A stretch of DNA of 64,000 nucleotides from Octopus vulgaris (lineage: Eukaryota). Each line of letters starts with the position of its first letter. Position 1 is the stretch's first letter. Under the pieces are notes generated by a model. It searched no databases and had not been told where the DNA came from. It worked only from the letters and a program-made list of their open reading frames with translations. The stretch covers positions 71,610,001-71,674,000 of the forward strand of contig OX597817.1 in assembly GCA_951406725.2 (NCBI GenBank), given 5' to 3'. The translations under genes and the position numbers were made by a program. Of this stretch, positions 40,649-56,288 are shown piece by piece.

Positions 40649-40986
40649 GCAAAAGTGAATACACCGGCACACGTGTGTTATAAATGGTTACTTTCCAAAA
40701 CACAGCCTCATATCATGTATCCCTGTCTCAAATTCTTATACATATGCATACATACATTCCAGTTGATCCCATCAACGGAACAGCCTGCTCGTGAAATTAA
40801 CGGACAGGTGGCTGAGCACTCTATAAACACATATACCTTTAACGTAGATCTCAGGGAGATTCAGCGTGACATGCAGGTACTACTCATTTTTGCCAGGTGA
40901 GTGGACTGGGGAAACGGGAAATAGTGTCATGTTCAAGGTGACAACACGTCGCCAGGAATTGAACTCAAGTGAGTGTGTGCATGTGC

Positions 40987-41033
<47 letters not shown>

Positions 41034-41035
41034 CA

Positions 41036-42759
41036 CAGGGTCAGGGTACGATGGGTAAATAGTTGCTTTTCGCGCATGCGCGTTTGTTCTTGATTTTATC
41101 GATTACACAGTATCGTTGGGTTAGTTGGGCGTCGCCTGTGAGAAAAAACGGCACCATGACGTTAAATTCACTCTTCCAGAAATTTGGAAACGACAGACTG
41201 CATTGCTTGGCATTCGCGCCGGAAGTTCCAATGCGAACAGTTCAGAGTGTGTGGGTGTCAATCTAAGGACAGTGCAATCTGAGGACATGTACAGAGAGTG
41301 ATAAAAGTCAAACATCCAGTCAGCATCATGGTGTTTGGAGCGATCACTAGTGATGGCAGTATTATGCCTCCATACATCTTCCCACACAGCCTCAGACTCA
41401 ACGCGGAAGCCTACATCAAGTGCCAGGAGGAGATAGTGCTGCCCTGGGAGAAGAGGTTAACAGCTGGAAGACCCTATGTCTAGCAACAGGACGCTGCACC
41501 ATGCTACACAAGCAGGAGGACCAAGTCATGGCTGTCAGACAATTTCTCAGATCACATCAACCCTAACAACTGGTTACCTTAGTCTACTGACTGCAACCCT
41601 CTTGATTATTATATCTGGGGCGCAGTTGAGCGAGAGACCAAATAGACTCCTTGCAACTTCAAAGATAAACTGAGGACAAGGATTATGGCAGCATTCACCA
41701 ACAAGGAGACCACCTAGAAGAGTTGCAGTAGATTCCGAAGTCGTCTGGAGGCCATTGTTAAAGCCAATGGCAATTTTATTGAACAAATTTACTCTTTAAT
41801 ATTTCAAGATATTTTTATGTAATTATGGTAAACATTGAATTGAGGAATAATTCATGAGAGATTTTTCAAATTTAAAAATGCTCGCAGAAATAAAACGCCT
41901 TGGCAAAATGTTTTGTTATTTGAAAGAGAAGTTTTTGTTCTACAAGGTATTGCGTTTTGATTTTTTAGTTTTATTGATTTTTGTGTATTTTCAGATCATT
42001 AAAATCGAATGTGAAGTGAACAAACAGCATTTTCGGCACCATTTGCTTTTTGTATCTAATCGAGGTGTTAAGCCCGCTGAAGTTGCTCGTGAGATTTGTG
42101 CTGTGCATAAAGAAGGAGCAATGCCTCAAATAACCATCCGCCTTCGGTTTTCACACTTCAAAAATGAGAATTTTGACTTCAAAGATGGATCACACACCGG
42201 TCGACCAATTGAGTTCCATGAAGAGCGATTGAATCAACTTCTTCACAAAAATCCATGTCAAGCGACCAGAGAATTGGTGGAGCAGATAGATGGATTTTGA
42301 TAATAAAACTGTGGTGAACCACCTTCACTGAATGGGTAAGGTTCATTGAACTCATTTGGTCGACCGTGGCAGGATCCGTCCTTGAGGTCAAAATTTCCAA
42401 TTTTGAAGCGCGTAAACCAACGACAGGCAGTACATTGAGGCATTGTTCCTTCTCCATACACAGCACAAATCTCACAAGCAGCTCCGGTGGGCTTAACACT
42501 TCGATTAAATGCAAAAAGCAAATGGTGTCGAAAATGCTCAGTTTTGTCCATTCCAAAACCAAAACATACTATCATGTAGAGCAAAAATTTCCCTGTCAAA
42601 TAACATAAAACATTTTGCCAATGCATTTTATTTCTGCGTGCATTTTTAAATTTGAGAAAAAATGCTCACGAATTAATCCTCCACTCAATATATATCTGTT
42701 AAAATGTTTTTATCTTTATTTTTGCGTAATTTACACGACAGTTTATTCACCGCACCCTG
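41036..42759 (+). mobile_element. Internally deleted DD37D (maT-family) Tc1/mariner transposon carrying a nested mariner
   Basis: TIR-like ends CAGGGT.CG.TG..TAAA and TTTATTCACCGCACCCTG followed by TA. Transposase remnants MVFGAITSDG...QQD-(37 aa)-D YYIWG. Confidence 0.85.
41835..42688. mobile_element. Fold-back mariner made of two inverted 5' ends
   Basis: The + arm reads KQHFRHHLLFVSNRG..REICAV..DGSHTGRP and the - arm reads TEHFRHHLLFAFNRS..CEICAVYGEG..DGSCHGRP. Both are N-terminal HTH regions, and no catalytic domain is present. Confidence 0.85.
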
Positions 42760-43129
42760 TATATATATATTCTTAAATTCTTTTACTTGTTTTAGTCATG
42801 TGACTGCGGCCATGCTGGAGCACCACTTATAGTTTAATTTTGACACAAAGTTGGTAATTTTAACGGGAAGAGAAGCTAGTGCTTAACTGATACCCATTTC
42901 AGTACTTGAAAAGTAGGAAAGGCAAAGTTGACTTCAGCAGCATTTGAAGTCATATGCTATGGAGCTGGAAGAAAACCCTTTTGTCCGGCGTGGTATCGAC
43001 CCTACCAACTCACCGCCTCAAAACACGCACATACACATATGTACATATATATATGTACATATGTGTATGTGCATATGTATATATGTACATATATATATGC
43101 ACACATATGTACATATATGTACACGCACA

Positions 43130-43165
<36 letters not shown>

Positions 43166-43659
43166 CATACATATATATATATGTATATACATACATATAT
43201 ATATATATATATATACATATACATACAATATATAAATATATACACACACACACACATACATATATATACATACATATACATACATGCATACATACATATA
43301 TATATATATAGTAAAACTTCTAAGAATAAATTGTCAAAATTTATATTTAAAATCACTCATATATCAAATAAAATATTAACAAGAATTCAAAATATTTCCC
43401 ATAAATTTATTTCTCATAAATATTTTTTAAACAGAGATCTGTTGTTGAAAGACATCAAACACACGGCGACATTTTTTGGTTGGGGATCCAAGACGCGCGC
43501 GCGCACACTCACACACAAACACACGCTTACACAGACACACACAAACATTCTTACACAGACACATATTTATATACCTATCTACATCACTTACTCTTTCTCT
43601 CTCTCTCTCTCCCTGCACACACTCATACCCACATATAAATGTAGTACGTTAGAATTGTA

Positions 43660-46238
<2,579 letters not shown>

Positions 46239-46810
46239 TATATATATATAATCCGTCTTAAATTGCTGTCTATACTGTTTATAAGAACACAAAGAAAACA
46301 TTGAATGCGACTCTCAATACACCATATCTAAAGCAACATTTCCGCCCGCCTAGACACAACACAGGAAAGAAAAAATACAATAAAATAGATAATTTTGGAA
46401 TGTCTTTGGTGATAAATCTGCGTCATTAGGACTGACCTGGGGCTAAACAACCATAGCATATACTTACAGATATGCGTGATATGTGATTGTCCATGGTTTC
46501 CGGGAAACTTTCAGATAAGAATCAATGGCTGACTACAAACCATTTAAATAGTTTAAGTGCCAAGTAATAGTAAAATATTGATTTCTAACGTGTATACAAT
46601 TTATTAGATTTATGTAACTTATGGTAAATTTAAGATTATGTAACGTGTATTAGAACGATTTTTACGGCTGTTGCTTTAAAAGGAAATCAAAAAACAGATT
46701 GCGACTCATATAAGACACACATTTGTATGAATGTATGAATCCGGTTACACTTACAAAAATATATACATATACATACATACATACATAGTTGTGCCATTTA
46801 TTTACTAATT

Positions 46811-46856
<46 letters not shown>

Positions 46857-47331
46857 TGTGTGTGTGTATGTATCTATGTATGTAATGCATATATATGTCT
46901 ATGTATGTATGTATGTATGTATATATATATATATCATATATATATATGCATATATATATATATGTGTGTGTGTGTGTTTGTATGTATGTATATATGTATA
47001 TTATTTTATTATTTTGATAGGCTTCAATCCTGAGATTGTGGCCACACTGGAACTGTAACTGCACGAGTGTAATCGATGATATTAAACATACTAGCTATAT
47101 TAAGTTGGTGCTTATTTTATTGCTCACTATTGTCGTGCTAACAGTTTACAGGATGTACCGTGAGCACTAACACTCTTGAATATATATATATGTATACGCA
47201 CACAAATATATAAGTATGTATATGTATGTATCTATGTATGTGTGTGTATATGTGTATGCGTGTGTGTGTATGTGTATGTGAGTACACATGCACCAATTTC
47301 TATCTACTCACGACTCTTAGTAAGCTTGAGG

Positions 47332-47393
<62 letters not shown>

Positions 47394-47405
47394 CATATAT
47401 ATATA

Positions 47406-47700
47406 GGCGCAGGCGTGGCTGTGTGGTAAGAAGCTTGCTTACGAACCACATGGTTCTGGATTCATTCCCACTGCATGGCATCTTGGGTAAGTATTTTCTG
47501 CTATAGCTTCGGACCGACCAGAATTTTGTGAGTGGATTTGACAACATTTCAGCCTACTCTTTACATTCAAATTCTACTGCGGTCGACTTTGCCTTTCATT
47601 CTTTCAGGGCCGTTAAAATAAGTACCATTTGATCACTGAGGTTGATGTAATCAACTAGCCTCTCCCCAATAATTGTTGGTCTTGTGCCAAATGGCTGAAA
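47406..47700 (+). mobile_element. SINE A head joined to a SINE B body
   Basis: Family A at 47406-47540, then family B at 47545-47700. Confidence 0.65.
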
Positions 47701-48085
47701 CCATTTTAAATTGCTGAATTAGTTGTTTTCACATAAGGAATCATATTTTGCAGTGTTTCACCGATGTCAAAAGTGGTCAATAAAGCAACTAAAGACGAAA
47801 TTCACACCCTTTAGAATATCTCTACTTACTTTTGGTTAATGGAAATTTTAGCAGATTTCTCCCTTGATCATTGTGAAAGCAATTTTCGTTCATATGAATA
47901 ACTATTCTCCTTATTACAATTATAATTTCAATTATCTGAAAATTATTTTCGTGTTCCCTTCTTAAATGTAGTAAACTGTACCTAAAAATATCTTCTTCAT
48001 GTAAAAGGCACGCTTAAGATTATCCATATGTTATTATTTTAGTTTGCATAATTATTTTGTGTAAGAATATTTTCAGAAAAACTAA

Positions 48086-48269
<184 letters not shown>

Positions 48270-48274
48270 TTCTA

Positions 48275-48364
<90 letters not shown>

Positions 48365-48372
48365 CAAAGATA

Positions 48373-49102
48373 CAGGGTGCGGGGAATATTTTGCTTAAAT
48401 TACGCAAAATTGAAAATAACACTTACATCTTATTTTAACAGATATATTTGCGAAAATTACATAAAAATATCTTAAAATAGTAATGAGTAAATTTATTCAA
48501 TAAAACCGCCATTGGCTTCAACTACGGCCTCCAGACGATTTCGGAATCTCCTGCAACTCTTCTGGATGGTCTCCTTGTTCAATTTGGGGAATGATGCCAT
48601 AATCCTTGCCTTCGGTTTATCTTTGGAGTTACAAGAAGTTCTGTTGGTCTCTCGCTCAACTGCGCCCCACATATGATAATCAAGGGTGTTGCAGTCTGTA
48701 GAGTAAGGTGGCCAGTTGTTAGGAATGATGTGGTCGCAGAAATTGTCTGACAGCCATGACTTGGTTCTCCTGCTTGTGTAACATGGTGCAGAGTCCTGTT
48801 GCCAGATATAGGGTCTTCCAGCAGCCACCCACTTAACCCAGGGCAGCACCCTCGGTACATGTCCACAGGTTGACACCCAAACACTTGAAATGTGCGTATT
48901 GGAGCCTCCGGTGCAAATGCCTAGCAGCACAGCATGTCGTTTCCAAATTTCTGGAAGAGTGAATTGCGTCATGGTGTCGTTTTCTGACGGACGATGCCCA
49001 ACTGACCCTTCTATAATGTATAGTCGTCCAAATCAAAAGCAAGCAATGCGCATGCACGAAATTAAAAATATAAAATGGCGACAATTTACTCATCGAACCC
49101 TG
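48373..49102 (-). mobile_element. Second deleted DD37D/maT element with both TIRs and TA flanks
   Basis: TA CAGGGTGCGG ... CATCGAACCCTG TA. The ORF has WQQDSAPCYTS...WPPYSTDCNTLDYHMWG and is homologous to 41036-42759. Confidence 0.9.
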
Positions 49103-49114
49103 TATATATATGCA

Positions 49115-49146
<32 letters not shown>

Positions 49147-49431
49147 TACTAGTAGCGTTCTGTGGTCTTGAATAATTTGCATTAGCTAAGCTCCACTGAG
49201 AATATATAGTACTACCCAGAATTGCCATCAAAGATCAGACTCATCTGCCTGTCGAGATAGTTACTAAAGATTAGACTCTTTTAATTATTTGTCAAATGAA
49301 ACTAAAGGAGTTATCTGCCTTTTCATCTGTGAAATTAATTTTTATTTAAGCTAATGCGATTTATCCTCGATGCAATTATAATTTTCAACAGATAAATTAT
49401 TATACACTGCTTATCATAGAAATATGAAAGA

Positions 49432-49522
<91 letters not shown>

Positions 49523-50818
49523 AGGATACACCCTTTATTTTCGTGTCAAGTTTTGCTGAAACATAAGTGCATACGTACACATACACACATATGTATATAT
49601 ACGCCAATACATATACATACACACTACACATATACATCCATACACATACATACATACATACCTACATACATTTGTACAAACATACGTATGTAAATTGTTA
49701 ATTGATTACCAATCGGATTCGCCGGTGAATCTTCTTGTTACTCAATCAATTGAATTACTTGCTCATTGCATTTGCATGGGAGTAGCTGATTTCTACAGGG
49801 AGTGTATCCTAAGCCTGATCTTAAGGTAGAACTACTGTACAATGAAGCAGTGTGTAACAAAAATTGTAATTTATATTACAAGTACATCCAATAGACTTCC
49901 CATATTTCCAGCAACTCAGCTTTTCCTTAAGAAGACTTGAGATGACTCAAGCCTAATGTAAAAAACGCAGCTTTTAAACTGTTGACTATGTACTTTTGTA
50001 TGAATTAATGTATCCGTGTTATAAGTGCGATTTAGTTAATAACAAAGCATTGACATTCGCCTGAAGGAAAAGTGAACGATTAAGTTTCTTCTATAAATAT
50101 ATATATCATAAAAATATCGATACTTACATTTACCTGGATGTTCTGTTTCTCATCCTGGCAACTGTTCTTTTGAATAGTATTCGAATGTTATCAATGAAGA
50201 ATAAAAAGCAGATCTGCAAAGAAAATAAAAATAACGGAGGTGGTTTTAATGAGTTTTGTATTATTATTATTATTATTATTATCATTATTAGTGGAAACAA
50301 AGACAGCGAGCTGGTGGAATTCGTTTGCGCGTGGAGGAAAAACATCAAGCGGTATTTCTTCCGGTTTTTAAGATCTGTATTCAAATTCCACCGTGGTCGA
50401 CTTGGCCGTTCATAAGTACCAGTTAGGAAATTGAGATAGATGCACTCGATTAATACTCCACCTCGCACAAGATTTCAAGGCCTCATGCTTATGGTAGAAA
50501 GAATTATTGAAGAAAATGTTTATTAGATAAAATAATATATCATAACGATTCAAGTATCTTATAAATAAGTATCTTTATAAGTATCTTATAAACTTTTACT
50601 CTCAGGTACTAATAGCAGAGGCGAGTCTGCTATAAATTGTTATACGATAACAGAGAATATTGAAGTGGCGTATTTTCATGTAAATAATATTCAGATTTTG
50701 AACTAATACCAAAATTGTCTATATTCAAATCAAAGGCCATCAAAATGTCCATTCAACTACCAAATACCGATTATAAAACATTCAAGTGTTTCTCTGTCTC
50801 TCTGTCTCTCTCTCTCTC

Positions 50819-50855
<37 letters not shown>

Positions 50856-50873
50856 AATATCTCTGTGTGTGTA

Positions 50874-50920
<47 letters not shown>

Positions 50921-51538
50921 CTATTTTAGAAATTTTTTTATTACCAGTGACCTAGTATGTAGAAAACTAGTCAATAGACTATATATTATTCATATAAATA
51001 TAGTGTACATTTAAATGCATATGTGGTGACCATCATAGGACACCTAGCACGCTAAGTCTCCCATGACGATCACCTCATATGTGTTTAAATGTACACTGTA
51101 TATATATATATATATGTATATTATATATATATATATATGTGTGTGTGTGAGTGTACTTATACACACACACACACTCAAAAACATATATATATGCGTGCAT
51201 GTATCAATCTTTCTGTGTATCTATCTACATATATCTGCATATGCTTATTTACGTAAATGCTTTCAAAGAAATACCATCAGTAAATTGCAATATATTTAAC
51301 TTTTACGTTGAATAAAGAACAGTAGAGTAAATCTCCACTTGTGACGATACTTTGAAATATGCTCATATCTTGAAATAGAAGTTTCATTGGAATTTTGGAA
51401 TTTAAGCATCACCAACTAGTAATTAAGCATTACAAACACACACACACATACGCACGCACACACACACAAATTAATATAAGTAGCTATGCGCAATGTCGTA
51501 AGGAATATTATAATTGTCACTAAATGCAGCTAAGGGCG

Positions 51539-51595
<57 letters not shown>

Positions 51596-51623
51596 AAAAG
51601 GAGATGTGGAACACGAGTTGTGA

Positions 51624-51942
51624 TATATAAAAAAGGAAATGAAGAATATGCTGACAAAATAATTTAAGTAATTTAAGTAATTTAATTAGGTGAAAGTTCT
51701 TTTTACTGGTTGCGCATTTGTTATGCTTATCAAAAGATATTTTTTAAGAGAGATAGAGTTGCTTTCTGATAGATTTTTTCCTCTTATCCAGATAAGAGGA
51801 AAAATCTATCAGAAAGCAACTCTATCTCTCTTAAAAAATATCTTTTGATAAGCATAACAAATGCGCAACCGGTAAAAAGAACTTTCACCTAATTAAATTA
51901 CTTAAATTACTTAAATCATTTTGTCAGCATTTTCTTCATTTC

Positions 51943-51952
<10 letters not shown>
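51624..51952. repeat. Near-perfect palindrome (~165-bp arms, 2-nt centre at 51789-51790)
   Basis: ...CCTCTTATC CA GATAAGAGG...; the arms differ at only a few positions and are flanked by (TA)n. Confidence 0.95.
51841..51880 (+). ncRNA. Degenerate minimal hammerhead motif (mirror copy at 51698-51737 -)
   Basis: TCTTT TGATAA GCAT AACAA ATGC GCAA CCGG TA AAAAGA. Helices I, II and the palindromic III (ACCGGT) are present, but the core is mutated (TTGATAA, GCAA). Confidence 0.45.
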
Positions 51953-51997
<45 letters not shown>

Positions 51998-52060
51998 CAA
52001 GATGACATATATGACAAGGATGACACGCAAATTCGTGAAGCGTTCGATATTTTTCTAATA

Positions 52061-52405
52061 GGCGCAGGAGTGGCTGTGTGGTAAGTAGCTTGCTAACCAA
52101 CCACATGGTTCAGGGTTCAGTCCCACTGCGTGGCATCTTGGGCAAGTGTCTTCTGCTATAGCCCCGGGCCGACCAAGAAGTGCAAAAGATTGTCTTAACT
52201 GGTACATCACACGTATTGAGAAGAACATTGCCGATGTGAGAACTATTACTACCCATGTATTTTAATTTAACTTAAAAAAAAAATGAACGAACAAGTGAGT
52301 TTAGTTTAATGGCCTACCAATGTATACTATGAGTTTCTTTCCCCTAGGAGTCGGGAAGACACTCGGCAAGAAATGGAAGCAAATTTGAAAGAAGAGGAAA
52401 AAAAG

Positions 52406-52407
<2 letters not shown>
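52061..52407 (+). mobile_element. SINE A head fused to the 3' end of an R4/Dong-type LINE
   Basis: SINE head at 52061-52176, then QEVQKIVLTGTSHVLRRTLPM* plus UTR, ending in (TAA)n. Confidence 0.65.
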
Positions 52408-52474
<67 letters not shown>

Positions 52475-52959
52475 GGTCACAGAAAACGAGAAAGCAGCCA
52501 TACTCTGGGATATGCCAATACACACAGAGAGAGAAATTAAGGCCAACAGATCAGATATAGTTGTCAGAGATCATGAAGAAAATAAATGCTTTCTAATTGA
52601 TGTATCAATACCAGCAGATGACAACGTGTCTCTAAAAGAAATGGAAAAACTTTCAAAATACACAGACCTGGAAATAGAGGTAACCAGAATGTGGAATCTA
52701 AAAACAGAAACAATTCCTATCATAGTAGGTGCATTAGGCATGATAAAAAATTATTCAGACAAATACATAACAAAAACACCAAGACTTACAAACACATATA
52801 ACATACAGAAAATTGCACTACTAGGCACTGCACACATCCTACGCAGAACATTTTCCATACAATAACCGTCAGAGCATCACAACAAATCACAGCACATACC
52901 CAAGGCACACAGAGCTGTGCTCGGTAGTGAAGTGAAAGCACGCTATAAAAATAAAACTA

Positions 52960-52963
<4 letters not shown>
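52475..52963 (+). mobile_element. 5'-truncated R4/Dong-type LINE inserted in (TAA)n
   Basis: ILWDMPIHTEREIKANRSDIVV..FLIDVSIP..EKLSKY.DL..IIVGALG..QKIALLGTAHILRR, with (TAA)n on both sides. Confidence 0.9.
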
Positions 52964-53029
<66 letters not shown>

Positions 53030-53050
53030 GTAATAGTAATAATAATAATA

Positions 53051-53290
53051 GGTGTATAACTCCAAACTTACAGGGAAAAGTTCAATTTAGTATTAAATCA
53101 AATTTCACAATATAAATTATAGCCATGAAACGTACGTAGTCTTTTTACTTATCATATATTGTTTATTCATTTTTGTACTCTTTGTGATCTAGTTATATGT
53201 TTTAAAATAAATTTTATTTTTTACTTATGACTTGGTTTATGTCTATCATTGTTTGAATTACATAATAGTGTTTTTTCTCTAATTTATATA
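53051..53290 (+). mobile_element. PLE-terminus cassette related to 1138-1487, with the 3' half of an HHR
   Basis: TCCAAACTTACAGGGAAAA head; GAAAC GTAC GTA GTC at 53127-53141; ATAGTG...TCTCTAATTT tail. Confidence 0.55.
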
Positions 53291-53468
53291 TATATATATA
53301 TGTTCACGAGTATCTCTGCGAATTCAACGAGAGTTTGCTTTCCAAAATTGTTACGATATTTTCCAACTTTTCTTAACATGAGACCAATAGTTGCTTTAAT
53401 TCACAAATAAAGAAATTGTGTCCACCAATGCGGTGTCGAGCACTCATTTTCATCGTTCGACATTTATG

Positions 53469-53531
<63 letters not shown>

Positions 53532-54295
53532 ATATGTATGTATGTCTTTGTATTTATATCTATATCTATATGCTGTAAGCCAAACATCTGGAACGTTTTA
53601 CAACTTTTCGCAGTTATATTAATGGTTTGTAAATGTAACTTGTAATTAGCCGTTGGTACCGACACAAGTTGTTACAAAATCAAATACTTCAATAGCTCCA
53701 AAGCTATCATCTGGCAGTAACATCTGCAGATTTCTCATTAAATATGTAGCTTTTATCCTTTTTATTTATATCACACTATTGAAGAATGTTAGTCGAACAC
53801 ATCAGCCCCAGTTCTTATTTTTTCAAACCTGGTACTTATTCTGTCGGTCTTTTACGCCGAACGGGGATGAACGCCGATCAAAACCAATTGTTGATCGTTG
53901 ATCGGTGGTGGGGGACAAACACAAACACTTATATATGTATGTATGTATGTACGTATGTATGTATGTATGTATGTATGTATGTATGTATGTATGTATGTAT
54001 GCATGTATGTATGTAGGTATGTATGAATGTATGTATGTATGTATGCATGTACGTATGCATATATGTATATATATATGTATATGTATATATATAAATATAT
54101 ACATGCATACATACATACATATACATACATACATATATATATACATACATATACACACACACACATACACACATACACACACACATATATAGTGAGAAAG
54201 AGAGAGAGAGAGAGAGGATAAGGAATGAAGCAATAATAACAATGAGAAGTGGATCATTGCTGTTTTAAAGTCATTGTTTAATTAAATTAGGAGTA

Positions 54296-54376
54296 TGTTT
54301 ACAGCTGTTTCTATTTATCAAAATGGGGGTATATCTGCATTTACCTCGTTACAATTGATGAACATCTTCAGAGCGA
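54296..54376 (-). ncRNA. Type I hammerhead ribozyme in the PLE 3' pseudo-LTR
   Basis: GCT CTGAAGA TGTTCATCAA...TTGATAAATA GAAA CAGCTG TA AAC. The core is intact, helix II is long, helix III is the palindrome ACAGCTGT and helix I has a mismatch. Confidence 0.7.
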
Positions 54377-55116
54377 TTATATGGCAAAGATAAAATCGAA
54401 GGAAAAAGGAAAAAAAAACGGGAAGTGTTCGTTAAGCAATAATCTTACATTTTAGTGACTTACATATTTCCACACTTATCAGTAGGAGGATAAATGAGAA
54501 GAGAATTCGTTAAATCCATAGTCTTACATTTTGTGACTTTCATATCTCCACGTGCCTGTAGGTTCCTACATTCGGTGCTAATGGTGGTAATGGGGACAGA
54601 GGCTTGTTAACCGGCGGTGTAAGCCGAAGGAGTTATACCTAGTGAGCATATCCAGTGTTGTTATTGGACATAAGTAACGGTATTTGTAGCTTCTAAGTTA
54701 GTCCCTGTAATTTCAATGTAAGCAATAATGTAAACCTAGGCTGTTATTTAAAGTTTGTGCGATAAAGTGTGTATAATGGGCTAAGTAAAGGAACTATAGA
54801 AAGGGTTGAATAGTACATAGAAAAACATTAAGATCAATAGGGAAGATATAGCGTGTAATATGAGTCGGTAGTCTAGCTATCAAGTGAAATTAAACTATAG
54901 GAAAGGGCGCCCTAACGTACTGCGTAGAATAAGTGTATAGTTCGGTATTTAGTTTATAACGAGGAGTGAGGTTAAGTAGTGCTAAGTGGTAAGTGAGATG
55001 GTTAAGGAGATGTAATAAGAAGTTAATCAGGTCCGCTAATAACCTGTAAAGTAGGGATTAGCGATATTTAAAGGATAAGTAGAATTTAACGATATTTTGA
55101 GAATAAGAAGTTATCT

Positions 55117-55503
55117 TTATGCAAACAAAAAATTTTTCTTGTCTCGTTTATTACGAAGATGTGATTTGGCCATTAAGATAAAGAATTTCTCATTTGCGCA
55201 AAGATTACAACGATTATTGTTAATATTAAATGAAGAAGCTTTGGCTAGGATACGCCATTGTAAACTATAGTTAATCTTATTGTTTTCCAATTCCCGAATG
55301 TAACTACTAAGTCCGGCAGAGTTCGCTTTAATTCTATTTCTGAAACCAGACCGATGGGAGTTATATCTAAGTATCATTTCATTTTTAGTTGCTCCAATAT
55401 AATACTTCTTGTAATTATTTGCCAGTACATCGCATTGGTAGATTACGTTTTTCTTTTTTATATATATTGGAAAATTCACAATTGTTTTTATCTCTGCGAC
55501 CAT
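55117..55503 (-). pseudogene. GIY-YIG endonuclease domain of the PLE
   Basis: VIYQC...YYIGAT....RYNSHRSGF...LSSYI....WRIL...RCNLCANEKFFIL. Confidence 0.9.
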
Positions 55504-56288
55504 ATAGATTACTAAGCTTGTATGCGTCTATGTTATGTTGAAGGGGTTATTATTTATAAGGTTGTTGTCCGGGTTTATTTGAGGGCGAGTTATCAGGGAT
55601 GACATTTAGTATATCTGTCGATTGGTTGCTATGTTTTATGTTGCTATTTTTCCTAGTTTCATAGAAGGCATATAGCATTTTACTGTTGATAGAGGCAATG
55701 ATAGTAGCTGGGTTGCTAGTTAAGCTATGACTTACTCTAATTTTATTCCTATAGATTTCTGAATATTTGTTATTTAAGTTCAAGTGCTTACCTATAAGTC
55801 TCATTATTGAATGAACTATGTTTGTTTTAAGCTGCATCGCGAAGGGAATTATTAACCAGATGTTATCCTTATTTCGTTTATTTTTAATATTATTATTTTT
55901 GGTGTAGAAACTGCCCTCTGTATTATTGTTGAACGTAAAGTTGAACGTAAATTATTATTCTTCTTTCTATTATTTTTATTTTTATTACTATCAGTTTTAT
56001 TGGGGTTGCATCTTTACGGTTTATTTCTTTTATATACCTTGGTATTATCATTCCTAATAGGGGCTATATTGGTTCTTAGAGGTGCGTTATTTTTTTTTAT
56101 TATTCATATTAGTATTCTTAATATTGTTATTTTTTTCATTGTTGGTATTTCTTTCGTTATCATTTTTAATGTTGTTATTTATATTAATCTGAATCTTATC
56201 ATTATTCCTACTATCTTTGTTATTACTACTGTTAATATATTATTTATGTTGTTCAAATTGTTGTTGTGGTTGTTAGTGTCATTTGTTA

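Noticed and set aside
55117-55503. Selenocysteine-encoding Naiad variant
   Set aside because: The CNLC cysteines use TGT/TGC, and no in-frame TGA at conserved Cys positions or SECIS was identified.
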